64,000 nucleotides of DNA from Shigella phage SH7, in the sequence record KX828711. The stretch is one strand, 5' to 3'. How positions within the stretch are numbered: the first letter of the stretch is position 1; each line of letters begins with the position of its first letter. This document shows, in pieces, positions 48,395 through 58,908 of this stretch. The translations under genes were made by a program, and so were the position numbers. A model generated the notes under the pieces. The model saw only the letters and a list, made by a program, of their open reading frames with translations, did no database searches and was not told where the DNA came from.

Positions 48395-48872
48395 AGAAGT
48401 TTCTATTCCTAAAATGGGTCTTAAACATTATAACATTTTAAAAGATGTTAAAGGTCCTGATGAAAATTTAAAACTTCTTATTGATTCTATTTGTCCGAAT
48501 TTATCACCGGCAGAAGTTGATTTCGTTTCTATTCATTTATTGGAATTTAATGGAAAGATTAAATCTCGTAAAGAAATAGATGGTTATACTTATGACATTA
48601 ATGATGTTTATGTGTGCCAAAGATTAGAATTTCAATACCAAGGAAATACATTTTATTTTAGACCTCCTGGAAAATTTGAACAATTTTTAACGGTGAGCGA
48701 TATGTTATCCAAATGCTTGCTTAAGGTCAATGATGAAGTTAAAGAAATTAATTTTCTTGAGATGCCAGCATTCGTTTTAAAATGGGCAAATGATATTTTT
48801 ACAACTTTAGCAATTCCTGGCCCTAATGGTCCAATAACCGGAATTGGCAATATTATTGGATTATTTGAATGA
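48339..48872 (+). CDS. 28: gp28 baseplate hub distal subunit
   Basis: 177 aa; 56-nt overlap with gene 27. Confidence 0.85.
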   Translation: MNLNLILPLKKVVLPISNKEVSIPKMGLKHYNILKDVKGPDENLKLLIDSICPNLSPAEVDFVSIHLLEFNGKIKSRKEIDGYTYDINDVYVCQRLEFQYQGNTFYFRPPGKFEQFLTVSDMLSKCLLKVNDEVKEINFLEMPAFVLKWANDIFTTLAIPGPNGPITGIGNIIGLFE

Positions 48873-50641
48873 AAAAGCCACAAGAAATGCAAACGATGCG
48901 TAGAAAAGTTATTTCAGATAATAAACCGACACAGGAAGCGGCTAAATCCGCTTCCAACACTTTATCTGGGCTTAATGACATTTCTACAAAATTGGATGAT
49001 GCTCAAGCTGCTTCTGAATTAATTGCTCAAACTGTCGAAGAAAAATCGAATGAAATAGTTGGAGCAATTGACAACGTAGAAAACGCAGTGAGTGATACTA
49101 CTGCTGGTTCTGAGTTAATTGCCGAGACCGTTGAAATTGGCAATAATATCAATAAAGAAATAGGCGAATCACTCGGAAGCAAATTAGATAAATTAACGAG
49201 TTTATTAGAACAAAAAATTCAGACAGCTGGAATTCAACAAACAGGAACCAGTTTAGCTACGGTTGAAAGTGCTATTCCTGTTAAAGTTGTTGAGGATGAT
49301 ACAGCTGAATCTGTGGGTCCTTTATTACCGGCTCCTGAAGCAGTTAATAATGATCCTGATGCTGATTTTTTCCCTACCCCTCAGCCAGTTGAACCCAAAC
49401 AAGAATCACCAGAAGAAAAACAGAAAAAAGACGCATTTAACTTAAAATTATCTCAAGCTTTAGATAAATTAACGAAGACTGTTGATTTTGGATTTAAGAA
49501 ATCCATTTCAATTACTGATAAAATATCAAGCATGCTATTTAAGTATACTGTCAGTGCTGCTATTGAAGCCGCTAAAATGACTGCAATGATATTGGCTGTT
49601 GTTGTTGGAATAGACTTGTTGATGGTTCACTTTAAATACTGGTCAGATAAATTTTCGCAAGCCTGGGACTTGTTTAGTACTAACTTTACTAAATTCTCTA
49701 GCGAAACCGGAACATGGGGTCCTTTATTACAGAGCATCTTTGATTCTATTGATAAAATTAAACAGCTTTGGGAAGCTGGAGATTGGGGTGGATTGACAGC
49801 AGCTATTGTTGAAGGACTCGGAAGTGTTCTTTTTAATTTAGGTGAACTTATTCAATTAGGTATGGCTAAATTATCTGCAGCAATTCTTCGAGTCATTCCT
49901 GGCATGAAGGATACTGCTGATGAAGTAGAAGGAAGAGCACTAGAAAATTTCCAAAATTCTACTGGAGCATCTCTCAATAAAGAAGACCAGGAAAAAGTTG
50001 CAAATTATCAAGATAAAAGAATGAATGGAGACCTTGGTCCGATAGCAAAAGGATTAGACAAGATTGCGAACTGGAAAACTCGCGCATCTAACTGGATTCG
50101 TGGTGTTGATAATAAAGAAGCACTAACTACCGACGAAGAACGTGCAGCAGAAGAAGAAAAATTAAAGCAACTTTCTCCTGAAGAAAGAAAAAATGCTTTA
50201 ATGAAGGCTAATGAAGCTCGAGCCGCGATGATTCGTTTTGAAAAATATGCTGATTCAGCTGATATGAGTAAAGACTCAACGGTTAAATCAGTTGAATCTG
50301 CCTACGAAGACCTTAAAAAACGGATGGATGACCCGGATTTAAATAATTCACCGGCAGTTAAAAAAGAACTTGCTGCTAGATTTTCTAAAATTGATGCTAC
50401 TTATCAAGAGCTCAAGAAAAATCAGCCTAATGCCAAACCTGAAACTTCTGCTAAATCACCAGAAGCAAAACAAGTCCAGGTAATAGAAAAGAACAAAGCA
50501 CAACAAGCTCCTGTTCAACAAGCATCTCCTTCGATCAATAATACTAATAATGTTATTAAGAAAAATACTGTCGTTCATAATATGACACCTGTCACAAGCA
50601 CAACTGCTCCTGGTGTATTTGATGCGACTGGAGTTAATTAA
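48869..50641 (+). CDS. 29: gp29 baseplate hub / tail length determinator
   Basis: 590 aa, T4 order. Confidence 0.95.
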   Translation: MKKPQEMQTMRRKVISDNKPTQEAAKSASNTLSGLNDISTKLDDAQAASELIAQTVEEKSNEIVGAIDNVENAVSDTTAGSELIAETVEIGNNINKEIGESLGSKLDKLTSLLEQKIQTAGIQQTGTSLATVESAIPVKVVEDDTAESVGPLLPAPEAVNNDPDADFFPTPQPVEPKQESPEEKQKKDAFNLKLSQALDKLTKTVDFGFKKSISITDKISSMLFKYTVSAAIEAAKMTAMILAVVVGIDLLMVHFKYWSDKFSQAWDLFSTNFTKFSSETGTWGPLLQSIFDSIDKIKQLWEAGDWGGLTAAIVEGLGSVLFNLGELIQLGMAKLSAAILRVIPGMKDTADEVEGRALENFQNSTGASLNKEDQEKVANYQDKRMNGDLGPIAKGLDKIANWKTRASNWIRGVDNKEALTTDEERAAEEEKLKQLSPEERKNALMKANEARAAMIRFEKYADSADMSKDSTVKSVESAYEDLKKRMDDPDLNNSPAVKKELAARFSKIDATYQELKKNQPNAKPETSAKSPEAKQVQVIEKNKAQQAPVQQASPSINNTNNVIKKNTVVHNMTPVTSTTAPGVFDATGVN

Positions 50642-50649
50642 GGAATAAT

Positions 50650-51744
50650 ATGGCAATTGTTAAAGAAATAACTACTGATTTAATTAAAAAGTCCGGTGAG
50701 AAAATTTCAGCTGGACAGAGCACTAAATCAGAAGTAGTAACTAAAACATACACTGCCCAGTTTCCAACTGGGCGTGCTAGTGGTAATGACACTACAGGGG
50801 ACTTCCAGGTAACAGATCTATATAAGAATGGATTATTATTTACTGCATACAATATGTCATCTAGGGATTCTGGAAGTCTTAGATCGATGAGATCTAACTA
50901 CTCTTCTTCATCTTCGAGTATTTTACGTACAGCCAGAAACACTATTAGTAGTACAGTATCAAAACTATCAAATGGATTAATATCAAATAATAATTCAGGA
51001 ACAATAAGTAAAGCTCCTGTCGCAAACATTCTTTTACCGAGATCTAAATCTGATGTTGACACATCATCGCATAGATTTAACGATGTTCAAGAAAGCCTTA
51101 TCAGTAGAGGCGGAGGTACTGCTACTGGTGTGCTAAGTAATATTGCTTCAACTGCAGTATTTGGTGCACTGGAAAGTATAACACAAGGTATAATGGCTGA
51201 TAATAATGAACAGATTTATACGACAGCCAGAAGTATGTACGGCGGTGCTGAAAATAGAACTAAAGTGTTTACATGGGATTTGACTCCACGTTCAACAGAA
51301 GATTTAATGGCTATTATTAATATCTATCAGTATTTTAACTATTTTTCTTATGGTGAAACAGGTAAATCTCAATATGCTGCTGAAATAAAGGGGTATTTAG
51401 ATGATTGGTATCGTTCTACATTAATTGAACCTTTATCTCCGGAAGACGCAGCTAAAAATAAAACACTATTTGAGAAAATGACAGCAAGTTTAACGAACGT
51501 TCTTGTAGTTTCAAACCCGACAATTTGGATGGTGAAAAACTTTGGTGCAACATCTAAGTTTGATGGAAAAACGGAAATATTTGGTCCATGCCAAATACAA
51601 AGCATCAGATTTGATAAAACGCCTAATGGTAACTTTAACGGATTAGCTATTGCTCCAAACCTCCCTAGTACATTTACTCTCGAGATTACTATGAGAGAAA
51701 TTATCACGTTAAACCGTGCTTCTTTATATGCGGGGACTTTTTAA
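50650..51744 (+). CDS. 48: gp48 baseplate tail tube cap
   Basis: 364 aa, T4 order. Confidence 0.95.
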   Translation: MAIVKEITTDLIKKSGEKISAGQSTKSEVVTKTYTAQFPTGRASGNDTTGDFQVTDLYKNGLLFTAYNMSSRDSGSLRSMRSNYSSSSSSILRTARNTISSTVSKLSNGLISNNNSGTISKAPVANILLPRSKSDVDTSSHRFNDVQESLISRGGGTATGVLSNIASTAVFGALESITQGIMADNNEQIYTTARSMYGGAENRTKVFTWDLTPRSTEDLMAIINIYQYFNYFSYGETGKSQYAAEIKGYLDDWYRSTLIEPLSPEDAAKNKTLFEKMTASLTNVLVVSNPTIWMVKNFGATSKFDGKTEIFGPCQIQSIRFDKTPNGNFNGLAIAPNLPSTFTLEITMREIITLNRASLYAGTF

Positions 51745-52709
51745 TGTATTCTTTAGAGGAATTTAATAATCAAGCAATAAACGCAGATTTCCAACGTAAT
51801 AATATGTTTAGCTGCGTTTTTGCGACAACTCCATCAACTAAAAGCTCATCGTTGATAAGTTCAATTAGCAATTTTTCTTATAATAACTTGGGTCTAAATT
51901 CAGATTGGTTAGGATTGTCTCAAGGCGATATTAATCAGGGAATTACAACGTTAATTACAGCTGGCACACAAAAACTAATAAGAAAATCAGGAGTCAGTAA
52001 ATATCTTATTGGTGCCATGAGTCAACGTACTGTCCAGAGTTTATTAGGCTCATTTACAGTTGGTACATATTTAATTGACTTCTTTAACATGGCATATAAC
52101 TCATCTGGATTGATGATATACTCTGTAAAAATGCCAGAGAATAGATTATCCTATGAAACTGACTGGAACTATAATTCTCCTAATATTCGTATAACTGGAA
52201 GAGAATTAGACCCTTTGGTTATTTCATTTAGAATGGATTCAGAAGCTTGTAACTATCGTGCAATGCAAGACTGGGTTAACGCTGTTCAAGACCCAGTAAC
52301 TGGATTGCGTGCTTTACCGCAAGATGTCGAGGCAGATATTCAGGTCAATCTTCATTCTCGCAATGGATTACCACATACTGCGGTGATGTTCACTGGCTGT
52401 ATTCCAATATCTGTGAGTGCTCCTGAGTTATCATATGATGGAGATAACCAAATAACTACATTTGATGTTACTTTCGCTTATAGAGTCATGCAGGCTGGAG
52501 CAGTTGATAGACAAGCTGCCCTTGAATGGCTTGAATCTGCTACTATAAATGGTATTCAAAGCGTTCTCGGAAATAGTGGAGGTGTTACTGGACTATCTAA
52601 TTCGCTTTCACGACTTAGTAGATTAGGGGGAACTGCAGGAAGCATTTCAAATATTAATACTATGACAGGAATTGTCAATTCGCAAAGTAAAATATTAGGA
52701 GCAATATAA
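51744..52709 (+). CDS. 54: gp54 baseplate tail tube initiator
   Basis: 321 aa, T4 order. Confidence 0.95.
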   Translation: MYSLEEFNNQAINADFQRNNMFSCVFATTPSTKSSSLISSISNFSYNNLGLNSDWLGLSQGDINQGITTLITAGTQKLIRKSGVSKYLIGAMSQRTVQSLLGSFTVGTYLIDFFNMAYNSSGLMIYSVKMPENRLSYETDWNYNSPNIRITGRELDPLVISFRMDSEACNYRAMQDWVNAVQDPVTGLRALPQDVEADIQVNLHSRNGLPHTAVMFTGCIPISVSAPELSYDGDNQITTFDVTFAYRVMQAGAVDRQAALEWLESATINGIQSVLGNSGGVTGLSNSLSRLSRLGGTAGSISNINTMTGIVNSQSKILGAI

Positions 52710-52711
52710 CA

Positions 52712-52733
52712 ATGGGGACCGAAAGGTCCCCAT
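52712..52733. terminator. bidirectional terminator between gene 54 and the alt block
   Basis: ATGGGGACC-GAAA-GGTCCCCAT hairpin flanked by T/A runs, between convergent genes. Confidence 0.7.
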
Positions 52734-52737
52734 ATTT

Positions 52738-53028
52738 TTATTTACGGAATGAAATAAAGGCAGCAACTGAAGCAACAGAGGTTTCTTCAATATAAACCTC
52801 AATTTTTACCGGAGCTTCTGACTCAAATTTACCTGTTACTACACCTTGGAAAATACTTTCAGTCTGTTCTGGCTTTGAAAAATTTTCAGAAGGAAAAATT
52901 CCAAACTTTTTATCGGTTCCGAAAATTTTAATAAATTCATCGTAAACTGCTTCATTAAAAGCATTATCAGCAGGAATAACGCCTTCAACTACAAGTTCTT
53001 GACCTAAAAAGCGCAAAGAAGATTTCAT
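52738..53028 (-). CDS. hypothetical protein (96 aa; T4 alt.-3 position)
   Basis: ORF track; GAGGAA RBS; early promoter-like element upstream; N-terminus MKSSLRFLGQE loosely CTS-like. Confidence 0.6.
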   Translation of the reverse strand: MKSSLRFLGQELVVEGVIPADNAFNEAVYDEFIKIFGTDKKFGIFPSENFSKPEQTESIFQGVVTGKFESEAPVKIEVYIEETSVASVAAFISFRK

Positions 53029-53059
53029 TTTGTGTTCCTCATGTTATGTCAGTAAGACT

Positions 53060-53089
53060 ACTATAACACAACACGAGGGACTTGTAAAC
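53060..53089 (-). promoter_or_regulatory. T4-type early promoter-like element
   Basis: Minus strand GTTTACA, 17 nt, TATAGT, overlapping the 3' end of the Alt paralog. Confidence 0.45.
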
Positions 53090-55146
53090 TACATTTTGAA
53101 CTTTTTAGACATTCCGTTAATGTTAACCAAAGAAGCTAAGATTTGAGAAACTTCGTTTTCCTCTTCTTTTGATTCTTCTACAAGGAATTGATTAAATCCA
53201 GCCATTGGACGAACTTCACCAGTTTCCATTAGATGGTCGCCATCATATACTGATTCTTCTAATTGTTCAGAAGGAGGAACGATTGTACCTTCGATTAGAT
53301 ACTTGTTATAAGCAGTTTCTTTCATAAAGTAAGTACTTACTTTATTAATCTTCAGTAAAATTCCACGTGGTAGAATAACTTCAGCTTCTGATGGAAATCC
53401 TGATAAATGACCCGGAACGATAACTTTAACTCGTTCAGCTCCTTTAATTACCATACCCACGCTAGTTTCAGCATCTTCATTAGCATATGTAGAATGACTA
53501 CCCATATGCATCAAATCTTCTGCATCAACGGAACCTTCTCCTTCACCAGAAAATACTGCTCCGGAATCATCTAAGGCCATATAATTTTTACCATACTCAC
53601 CAAAGATATTTGGTTTAAGTGATGTAGATACGAAGTTCTTGAAATAGAACATTTTATTTTCAATGTTATGACGCAAAGTTTTAAAAGTAACTTCTTGTCC
53701 ACGGTAAAGTGTAGTTCCTGGAGGAAGAACTGAACCTTTAGCAAACGCAGAATCCATAGTCTCGATGTGCTTAATAGCGCGCTCCATGTATTCTTCACGT
53801 GTAGAATCAGGTTTACCTAAAAGGAATGAGTTCATTTCAACATACGAATCTGCACAATAATCTTCAATTACATCAGATTCAGCCTGAGTCAATCCTTTTG
53901 GAGTTACTTCAGTGCTTGCATATTCATACGCCTGAGCAGCGGATTCATCAATTAATTTATAAATGCCATTCATGACAAATTGAATAATAGCTGTCTTTTC
54001 ATCTGGCGTAGCTTTAGAACCTTTAACTAAATCATTGACAATTTTCTTAATAACATCAAAGCTATTAGAAATATTAATGTCAGCAAGATCGCTTAAAATT
54101 TTATCAGTTTTATAATCAAAAAATTCTTTATTCTTTAAATATTCTTGAGAACTTTGATATGTTATATCGCTCTGCAACTTGATAGATGGATCACGTAAAC
54201 GTGCATGGGCTAATGCAATATGACTTCGGAAGCTTTCTAGTTCATAATCACTAGATTTAAAACGAGAAGCACTCCTCATATCACCGATAGCTCCTTTGCC
54301 GAAGTTTGAACCAATCTGAATAACGCCAGAGTTCATTGGTCCTTCTGCTTTATATACCGGAACTTTAGATTCAAACTCTTGATATTTCTTAGCAGCAAAG
54401 CTATCACCCTGAAGTGAAGCATCAACAGTAGAATATTGAGCTTGTGCTGCTAATCGACGACTAATTTTAGTTTTCTGAATAACAGCTTGATCCGTACGCT
54501 TATCATTTTCTAAAGCAATAGAAGCAGCAACTGCGACAGCTTTAGGAACAGCATTACCTGTTTTAACGTCTACATAAACATCACCGACTTTCGATTCAAC
54601 TTTTGTGAATAACTCAGTTGAAATAGGAGGTACACCTGGAATGTCTTCTAAATTGGCATTTTTACGGTAAACCATAATATATGCATATTTCTTATCATAG
54701 TCCCAGATTTCCTTTAAAAGAACATATCGACCTGCTCCTTTAGTACGTACTAAACGGTCAGCAATAACTTGCATTTGACGAGCAGCGCCATTTGTTTTAC
54801 TTTTTAGTACGCGGAATAGGCATGCATCAATTTTATACTGTTTCATTGTTTGAAGAGCAGTATCAAAAACAGCATTAATGACGCCAATTGGATTTCCACC
54901 CAAGTTTTTAAGCTTAACTAATGATAATTTTTCATTAACACCTATCATTACGATATGCATCATTTTGTCGCCTGGCTTAACGTTTTTATTCGTATCACCG
55001 CCAGAGGTGTATGTACAAAATCTAAATCCAGGAAGCACGCTTTCTTCACCGGCTTGAATAGCAAAAATTTGTGGTATTTTATGCTTAGGATTTAAGTTAA
55101 CAACCGGCGCCGAAGCGCCGTCAAATAATTCTGTAATAAGTTCCAT
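53089..55146 (-). CDS. Alt-family ADP-ribosyltransferase paralog (685 aa), tandem to alt
   Basis: Same N-terminus MELITELFD and conserved first 240 aa as the adjacent alt; divergent middle; C-terminal ART-like core with R (LYRGQ), STS (FVSTSL) and ExE (SEAEVILPRG); AAGGA RBS 3 nt after the alt stop. Confidence 0.85.
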   Translation of the reverse strand: MELITELFDGASAPVVNLNPKHKIPQIFAIQAGEESVLPGFRFCTYTSGGDTNKNVKPGDKMMHIVMIGVNEKLSLVKLKNLGGNPIGVINAVFDTALQTMKQYKIDACLFRVLKSKTNGAARQMQVIADRLVRTKGAGRYVLLKEIWDYDKKYAYIMVYRKNANLEDIPGVPPISTELFTKVESKVGDVYVDVKTGNAVPKAVAVAASIALENDKRTDQAVIQKTKISRRLAAQAQYSTVDASLQGDSFAAKKYQEFESKVPVYKAEGPMNSGVIQIGSNFGKGAIGDMRSASRFKSSDYELESFRSHIALAHARLRDPSIKLQSDITYQSSQEYLKNKEFFDYKTDKILSDLADINISNSFDVIKKIVNDLVKGSKATPDEKTAIIQFVMNGIYKLIDESAAQAYEYASTEVTPKGLTQAESDVIEDYCADSYVEMNSFLLGKPDSTREEYMERAIKHIETMDSAFAKGSVLPPGTTLYRGQEVTFKTLRHNIENKMFYFKNFVSTSLKPNIFGEYGKNYMALDDSGAVFSGEGEGSVDAEDLMHMGSHSTYANEDAETSVGMVIKGAERVKVIVPGHLSGFPSEAEVILPRGILLKINKVSTYFMKETAYNKYLIEGTIVPPSEQLEESVYDGDHLMETGEVRPMAGFNQFLVEESKEEENEVSQILASLVNINGMSKKFKM

Positions 55147-55149
55147 GAT

Positions 55150-57207
55150 TTATCCTTGAACGAACTTGTAAGGCATGTTTGTAATATCTATGCAAGACGC
55201 AATAATTCCAAGAGATGATTCTACTTTCTGTTTAACATTTGATGAAACAAATGATGCAAAGTCAACTCTGTCTTCTATTTCAATATCACCTGTCATTGCA
55301 ACCAATTCACCAGTTTCCATTAGACGGTCACCGTCATAAATGACTGATTCGGTGAGTTCTTCCGTAGTCATAACTTCAGCTTGAATAAGCTTGTTGTTAG
55401 TTTTGACTGTTCCATCATTGTAAGATGCATCAGTTATTTTATTAACTTTGACCATTAATCCACGTGGCAAAATGACTTCCATTTCATTTGAAGGCGCTAA
55501 ACTTCCGCCTGGTAAAACAACATTGACTTTATCAGCCCCAGTAATAACCCATCCAATTCCGACTAAATTATCGCTAGAATTAACAAGCCCTTCATCATTT
55601 TTATCGATAGAAATGTTTAGACGCTTTTCATCTGGTAAAACACCAACAGCTGAATCAGTCATCCAAGTACCAAAAATGTTTGGATATAATGATGTTGATA
55701 CAAAATTTCTAAAATAAAAAACTCGATTTTTTACCAATGCTTCATATATTGAAGGTAACATTCGCTGTGAACGATATAAAGTAATACCCTTTGGCAATCG
55801 ATCACCATTTTTAAAGGCTGAATCTAAATTATCGATGGCTTGTTCTATTTCAGGTGCTGTTAAAATACTTGTACGCTCATCTGGATTATATAATCCCAAA
55901 AGAGCATTATTCATGTCTACATATCCTGAACCTACATATTCACGAATTCCGCGTTTTTGCGCTGGCGTGTATTTAGATGAATCTTTATTTTCGACTATAG
56001 AATGCAATGACCATCCAACAGTAAGAGCATATCCACGTAATTCTCTTCGAATAATCTTTGTTTTTATTGCATTCCAAGAATTTTGCACTAACTCATTATT
56101 CGCAGTGTCTTGATTTAAATGCGAATGCTTGTTAATATTTCTTTCTAACCAAGCACCTTTATATTTTTCTAAAGTATCATCGACTATAGAAGCAATAGTT
56201 TCTAAAGTTTTTATTGAAGTAATAGATTCTTTTCGTAATCTTTCTAAAGCTTTATTTTTTATTTCTGTATTAACATCAGATTCTTTATCTTCAGGAATTA
56301 TAGAAGCTTCTCTGAATGCCATTCCAGCTGTAACACTATTAAGAGCATTCTCTAATGCAAATCCTGAAGTAGAAATAACAGTTAATTCATTAGCATCAGA
56401 AATTAAAGGAGCGTCAGCGGGTTTATTTAATTCTGCTGCTGAAGCCTCAAATTTTTGAAACATCGGCGTTTCAAATCTAGAAGATTCCAACGACTGACTT
56501 TGTGCAATTGCTCTACGGGAAATTTTAACTTTAACGATTACAGCTTGGTCAGAACGTTTATCATTTTCTTGTGCAATAGATGCTGCAATTGCCTCATTTT
56601 TAGTTACTTGGGCTCCAGTATCTTTATTGATATAAACATCACCGACCTTCGATTCAACTTTAGTAAAGAGCTCGGTACTAATTTCCGGAACTCCTGGAAT
56701 GTCTTCTAGTGATACATTTTTGCGATGTATAAGAATATATGCATACTTTTTATCATAATCCCAGAGTTCCTTAAGAAGGACGTATCTGCCACCTGAACGA
56801 CTACGGATAAGTCTATCAGCAATAACTTGAATTTGTCGAGCTTGGCCAGCAGTTTTAGACTTAAGAATACGAAGCATACAAGCATCAATTTTATACTGAC
56901 GCATCGTTTGCATTGCAACAGTAAAAACTGAATTGATATAATTAATTGGGCTTGGACCAAGACCTTTTAATTTAGCAATTGAACCTTTAGCAGTTAATGT
57001 AAAAGGAACAATATGCATCATTTTATCGCCCATTTTTAAATCGCGATTAGTATCACCTCCAGATGTATAGGTACATAAACGAAAGCCTGGTTGTTCAATT
57101 GCGTCATCGACATGAACTGAAAAAATTTGTGGTATCTTCTTCTTTGGATTTAAGTTTGTAATCGGAAGAGTAGTATCTTCGTCAAATAATTCTGTAATAA
57201 GTTCCAT
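55150..57207 (-). CDS. alt: Alt ADP-ribosyltransferase (packaged in the capsid, modifies host RNA polymerase)
   Basis: 685 aa from second ATG; recognised as T4 Alt-like; ART motifs LYRSQ, FVSTSL, NEMEVILPRG; late promoter upstream. Confidence 0.92.
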   Translation of the reverse strand: MELITELFDEDTTLPITNLNPKKKIPQIFSVHVDDAIEQPGFRLCTYTSGGDTNRDLKMGDKMMHIVPFTLTAKGSIAKLKGLGPSPINYINSVFTVAMQTMRQYKIDACMLRILKSKTAGQARQIQVIADRLIRSRSGGRYVLLKELWDYDKKYAYILIHRKNVSLEDIPGVPEISTELFTKVESKVGDVYINKDTGAQVTKNEAIAASIAQENDKRSDQAVIVKVKISRRAIAQSQSLESSRFETPMFQKFEASAAELNKPADAPLISDANELTVISTSGFALENALNSVTAGMAFREASIIPEDKESDVNTEIKNKALERLRKESITSIKTLETIASIVDDTLEKYKGAWLERNINKHSHLNQDTANNELVQNSWNAIKTKIIRRELRGYALTVGWSLHSIVENKDSSKYTPAQKRGIREYVGSGYVDMNNALLGLYNPDERTSILTAPEIEQAIDNLDSAFKNGDRLPKGITLYRSQRMLPSIYEALVKNRVFYFRNFVSTSLYPNIFGTWMTDSAVGVLPDEKRLNISIDKNDEGLVNSSDNLVGIGWVITGADKVNVVLPGGSLAPSNEMEVILPRGLMVKVNKITDASYNDGTVKTNNKLIQAEVMTTEELTESVIYDGDRLMETGELVAMTGDIEIEDRVDFASFVSSNVKQKVESSLGIIASCIDITNMPYKFVQG

Positions 57208-57230
57208 CATATCCTCTCTAGTGTTTATTC

Positions 57231-57238
57231 TATTTATA
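57231..57238 (-). promoter_or_regulatory. late promoter TATAAATA for alt
   Basis: Exact TATAAATA on minus strand between a terminator hairpin and the alt RBS. Confidence 0.6.
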
Positions 57239-57243
57239 AAATT

Positions 57244-57261
57244 AAAGGCCCGAAGGCCTTT
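57244..57261 (-). terminator. hairpin AAAGGCC-TTCG-GGCCTTT after ORF 57260..57448
   Basis: 7-bp stem with tetraloop, T-run on minus strand. Confidence 0.55.
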
Positions 57262-57448
57262 AGTAATCTAGTGGTAAGAGAGTACGATATATTTCAAACT
57301 TTGGTCCTTTTTCATAGGCATCAAATGTTTCTGTAAATTTATTGTAAGCGTATGCATCTACAAATTCGAGAATGACTTGTGATACAGAAGTAGAAACATC
57401 TCCACCTTCTTTTTGAGCAATGACAATTGTTTCTAAGTAAGCTTTCAT
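57260..57448 (-). CDS. hypothetical protein (62 aa; T4 alt.1 position)
   Basis: ORF track; overlaps the stop of gene 30. Confidence 0.6.
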   Translation of the reverse strand: MKAYLETIVIAQKEGGDVSTSVSQVILEFVDAYAYNKFTETFDAYEKGPKFEIYRTLLPLDY

Positions 57449-58908
57449 AAACCAGTTACCTCATGAAAATCACCAAATACATCCTCGAATGTATTAGCTT
57501 TAGTTTTATCTTCACGTAAACGAATCGCAATCGGAAGAAATAATTTAACGTAATCGGTGCGGCCATCAGATTTTAACCAACCGTTGCATTCGCACTCTAG
57601 AATTTTTCCAATATAATAATTTTGGTTTTCCATAATGCGAGTACGGTCAAGTTCATGCGATTTTACACCGGCTTTATCTTTTAAGCCTGAACCAGCATTT
57701 ACTTTAATTTTTCCACACTCTGACTCAAGAATAAATCCACCAGCTTTAGTAGGGTCTTTACGGTGAGGATAAATTCCTACAATTTTTAAATCAACATCAA
57801 TTACTTCTTTAAATTTATAAAGATTTTTTGAACGAGCATTTTCCCATAATCCATCGGTATTTTTGAGAATAATACCTTCAAGACCTTGGTCAATATACTT
57901 TTTGTAAATTACCTTAGCTTCATCTAGGTTATTTACTAGCTGGTTTTCAATTAAAATTACTTTATCATAGCCTGATGTCATTTGTTCTAGTTTAGAAAAA
58001 CGTACATCATACTTTAAACGAAATGCAGGAAGACCATATATTTCTACTAATGGAACATAGTCCCAGACCTGAAACTTCATGCATTGAGCTTCTTTTTCTG
58101 AAATAGTTCCCTTTAAAGATTTATTAGCGATTCCATTAGAAGCAGTACGTGATTCAGCTACTTCGGCGAATTCTTTAGCTTTACTAATTTCAGGATAAGC
58201 ATCAAAAAGAAAATCTAGGCCTTCTGGCTCCTTTTTAACTTGCTCATGGTATACCAATTCGCCATCAATTAACACACCTTCTGGATGAATCTGGCGAGCT
58301 TCTGCAGTCATTTTAATTAACTCTTCCTTAAGAAGATCTAATCCTAGATATTCATTACCAGCTCGTGATAAAAGACGAACATCATCTAATTCATCACCTC
58401 TGACTTCAGCAAAGCACCGAGCTCCATCAGCTTTTAATTGGGCAAAGGCTGGAAATTTGATATTCTTATTAATGCCTTTTTCATCATAAGAACTTGCCAG
58501 CATTTGAGGTTGTTCAGGAATTAAACCTGGCCAAACTTTGTTTGCAATAGATACTGAAGCACCGCATTCAAGGTCTCGCATCATCACCCGACGCAAAACT
58601 TCAACATCATCTTTTTTACCGTCAGTAATATATCCAGTTAATTCCTCAATTGCCGCATTTCCGGTCAATTTCCGAGTAGCTAACGTGAATTCAATGAAGT
58701 CAAGCATATCGGTAAGAGTTAACATTCCAAAACTCTGGGTAGCAATACCCGGTTTAGGCCATTTCTTGATATAATACTGTAACCCACGAGAATAAGTCAG
58801 ACGATATACTCGTTTAAGCAATTCATTATCTTTATTCTTTTCAAGAATTGCTTGCTTCTGTTTAGTTGAACCAATAGATGCTATTTCATTCAGAATTTTA
58901 AGAATCAT
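57445..58908 (-). CDS. 30: gp30 ATP-dependent DNA ligase
   Basis: 487 aa; N-terminus MILKILNEIASIGSTKQKQAILEKNKDNELLKRVYRL... and adenylation motif KADGAR recognised as T4 DNA ligase. Confidence 0.97.
   Translation of the reverse strand: MILKILNEIASIGSTKQKQAILEKNKDNELLKRVYRLTYSRGLQYYIKKWPKPGIATQSFGMLTLTDMLDFIEFTLATRKLTGNAAIEELTGYITDGKKDDVEVLRRVMMRDLECGASVSIANKVWPGLIPEQPQMLASSYDEKGINKNIKFPAFAQLKADGARCFAEVRGDELDDVRLLSRAGNEYLGLDLLKEELIKMTAEARQIHPEGVLIDGELVYHEQVKKEPEGLDFLFDAYPEISKAKEFAEVAESRTASNGIANKSLKGTISEKEAQCMKFQVWDYVPLVEIYGLPAFRLKYDVRFSKLEQMTSGYDKVILIENQLVNNLDEAKVIYKKYIDQGLEGIILKNTDGLWENARSKNLYKFKEVIDVDLKIVGIYPHRKDPTKAGGFILESECGKIKVNAGSGLKDKAGVKSHELDRTRIMENQNYYIGKILECECNGWLKSDGRTDYVKLFLPIAIRLREDKTKANTFEDVFGDFHEVTGL

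Noticed and set aside
55448-56960. Several plus-strand ORFs of 84-109 aa within the alt gene
   Set aside because: All are antisense to the long, well-supported alt reading frame and lack translation signals.
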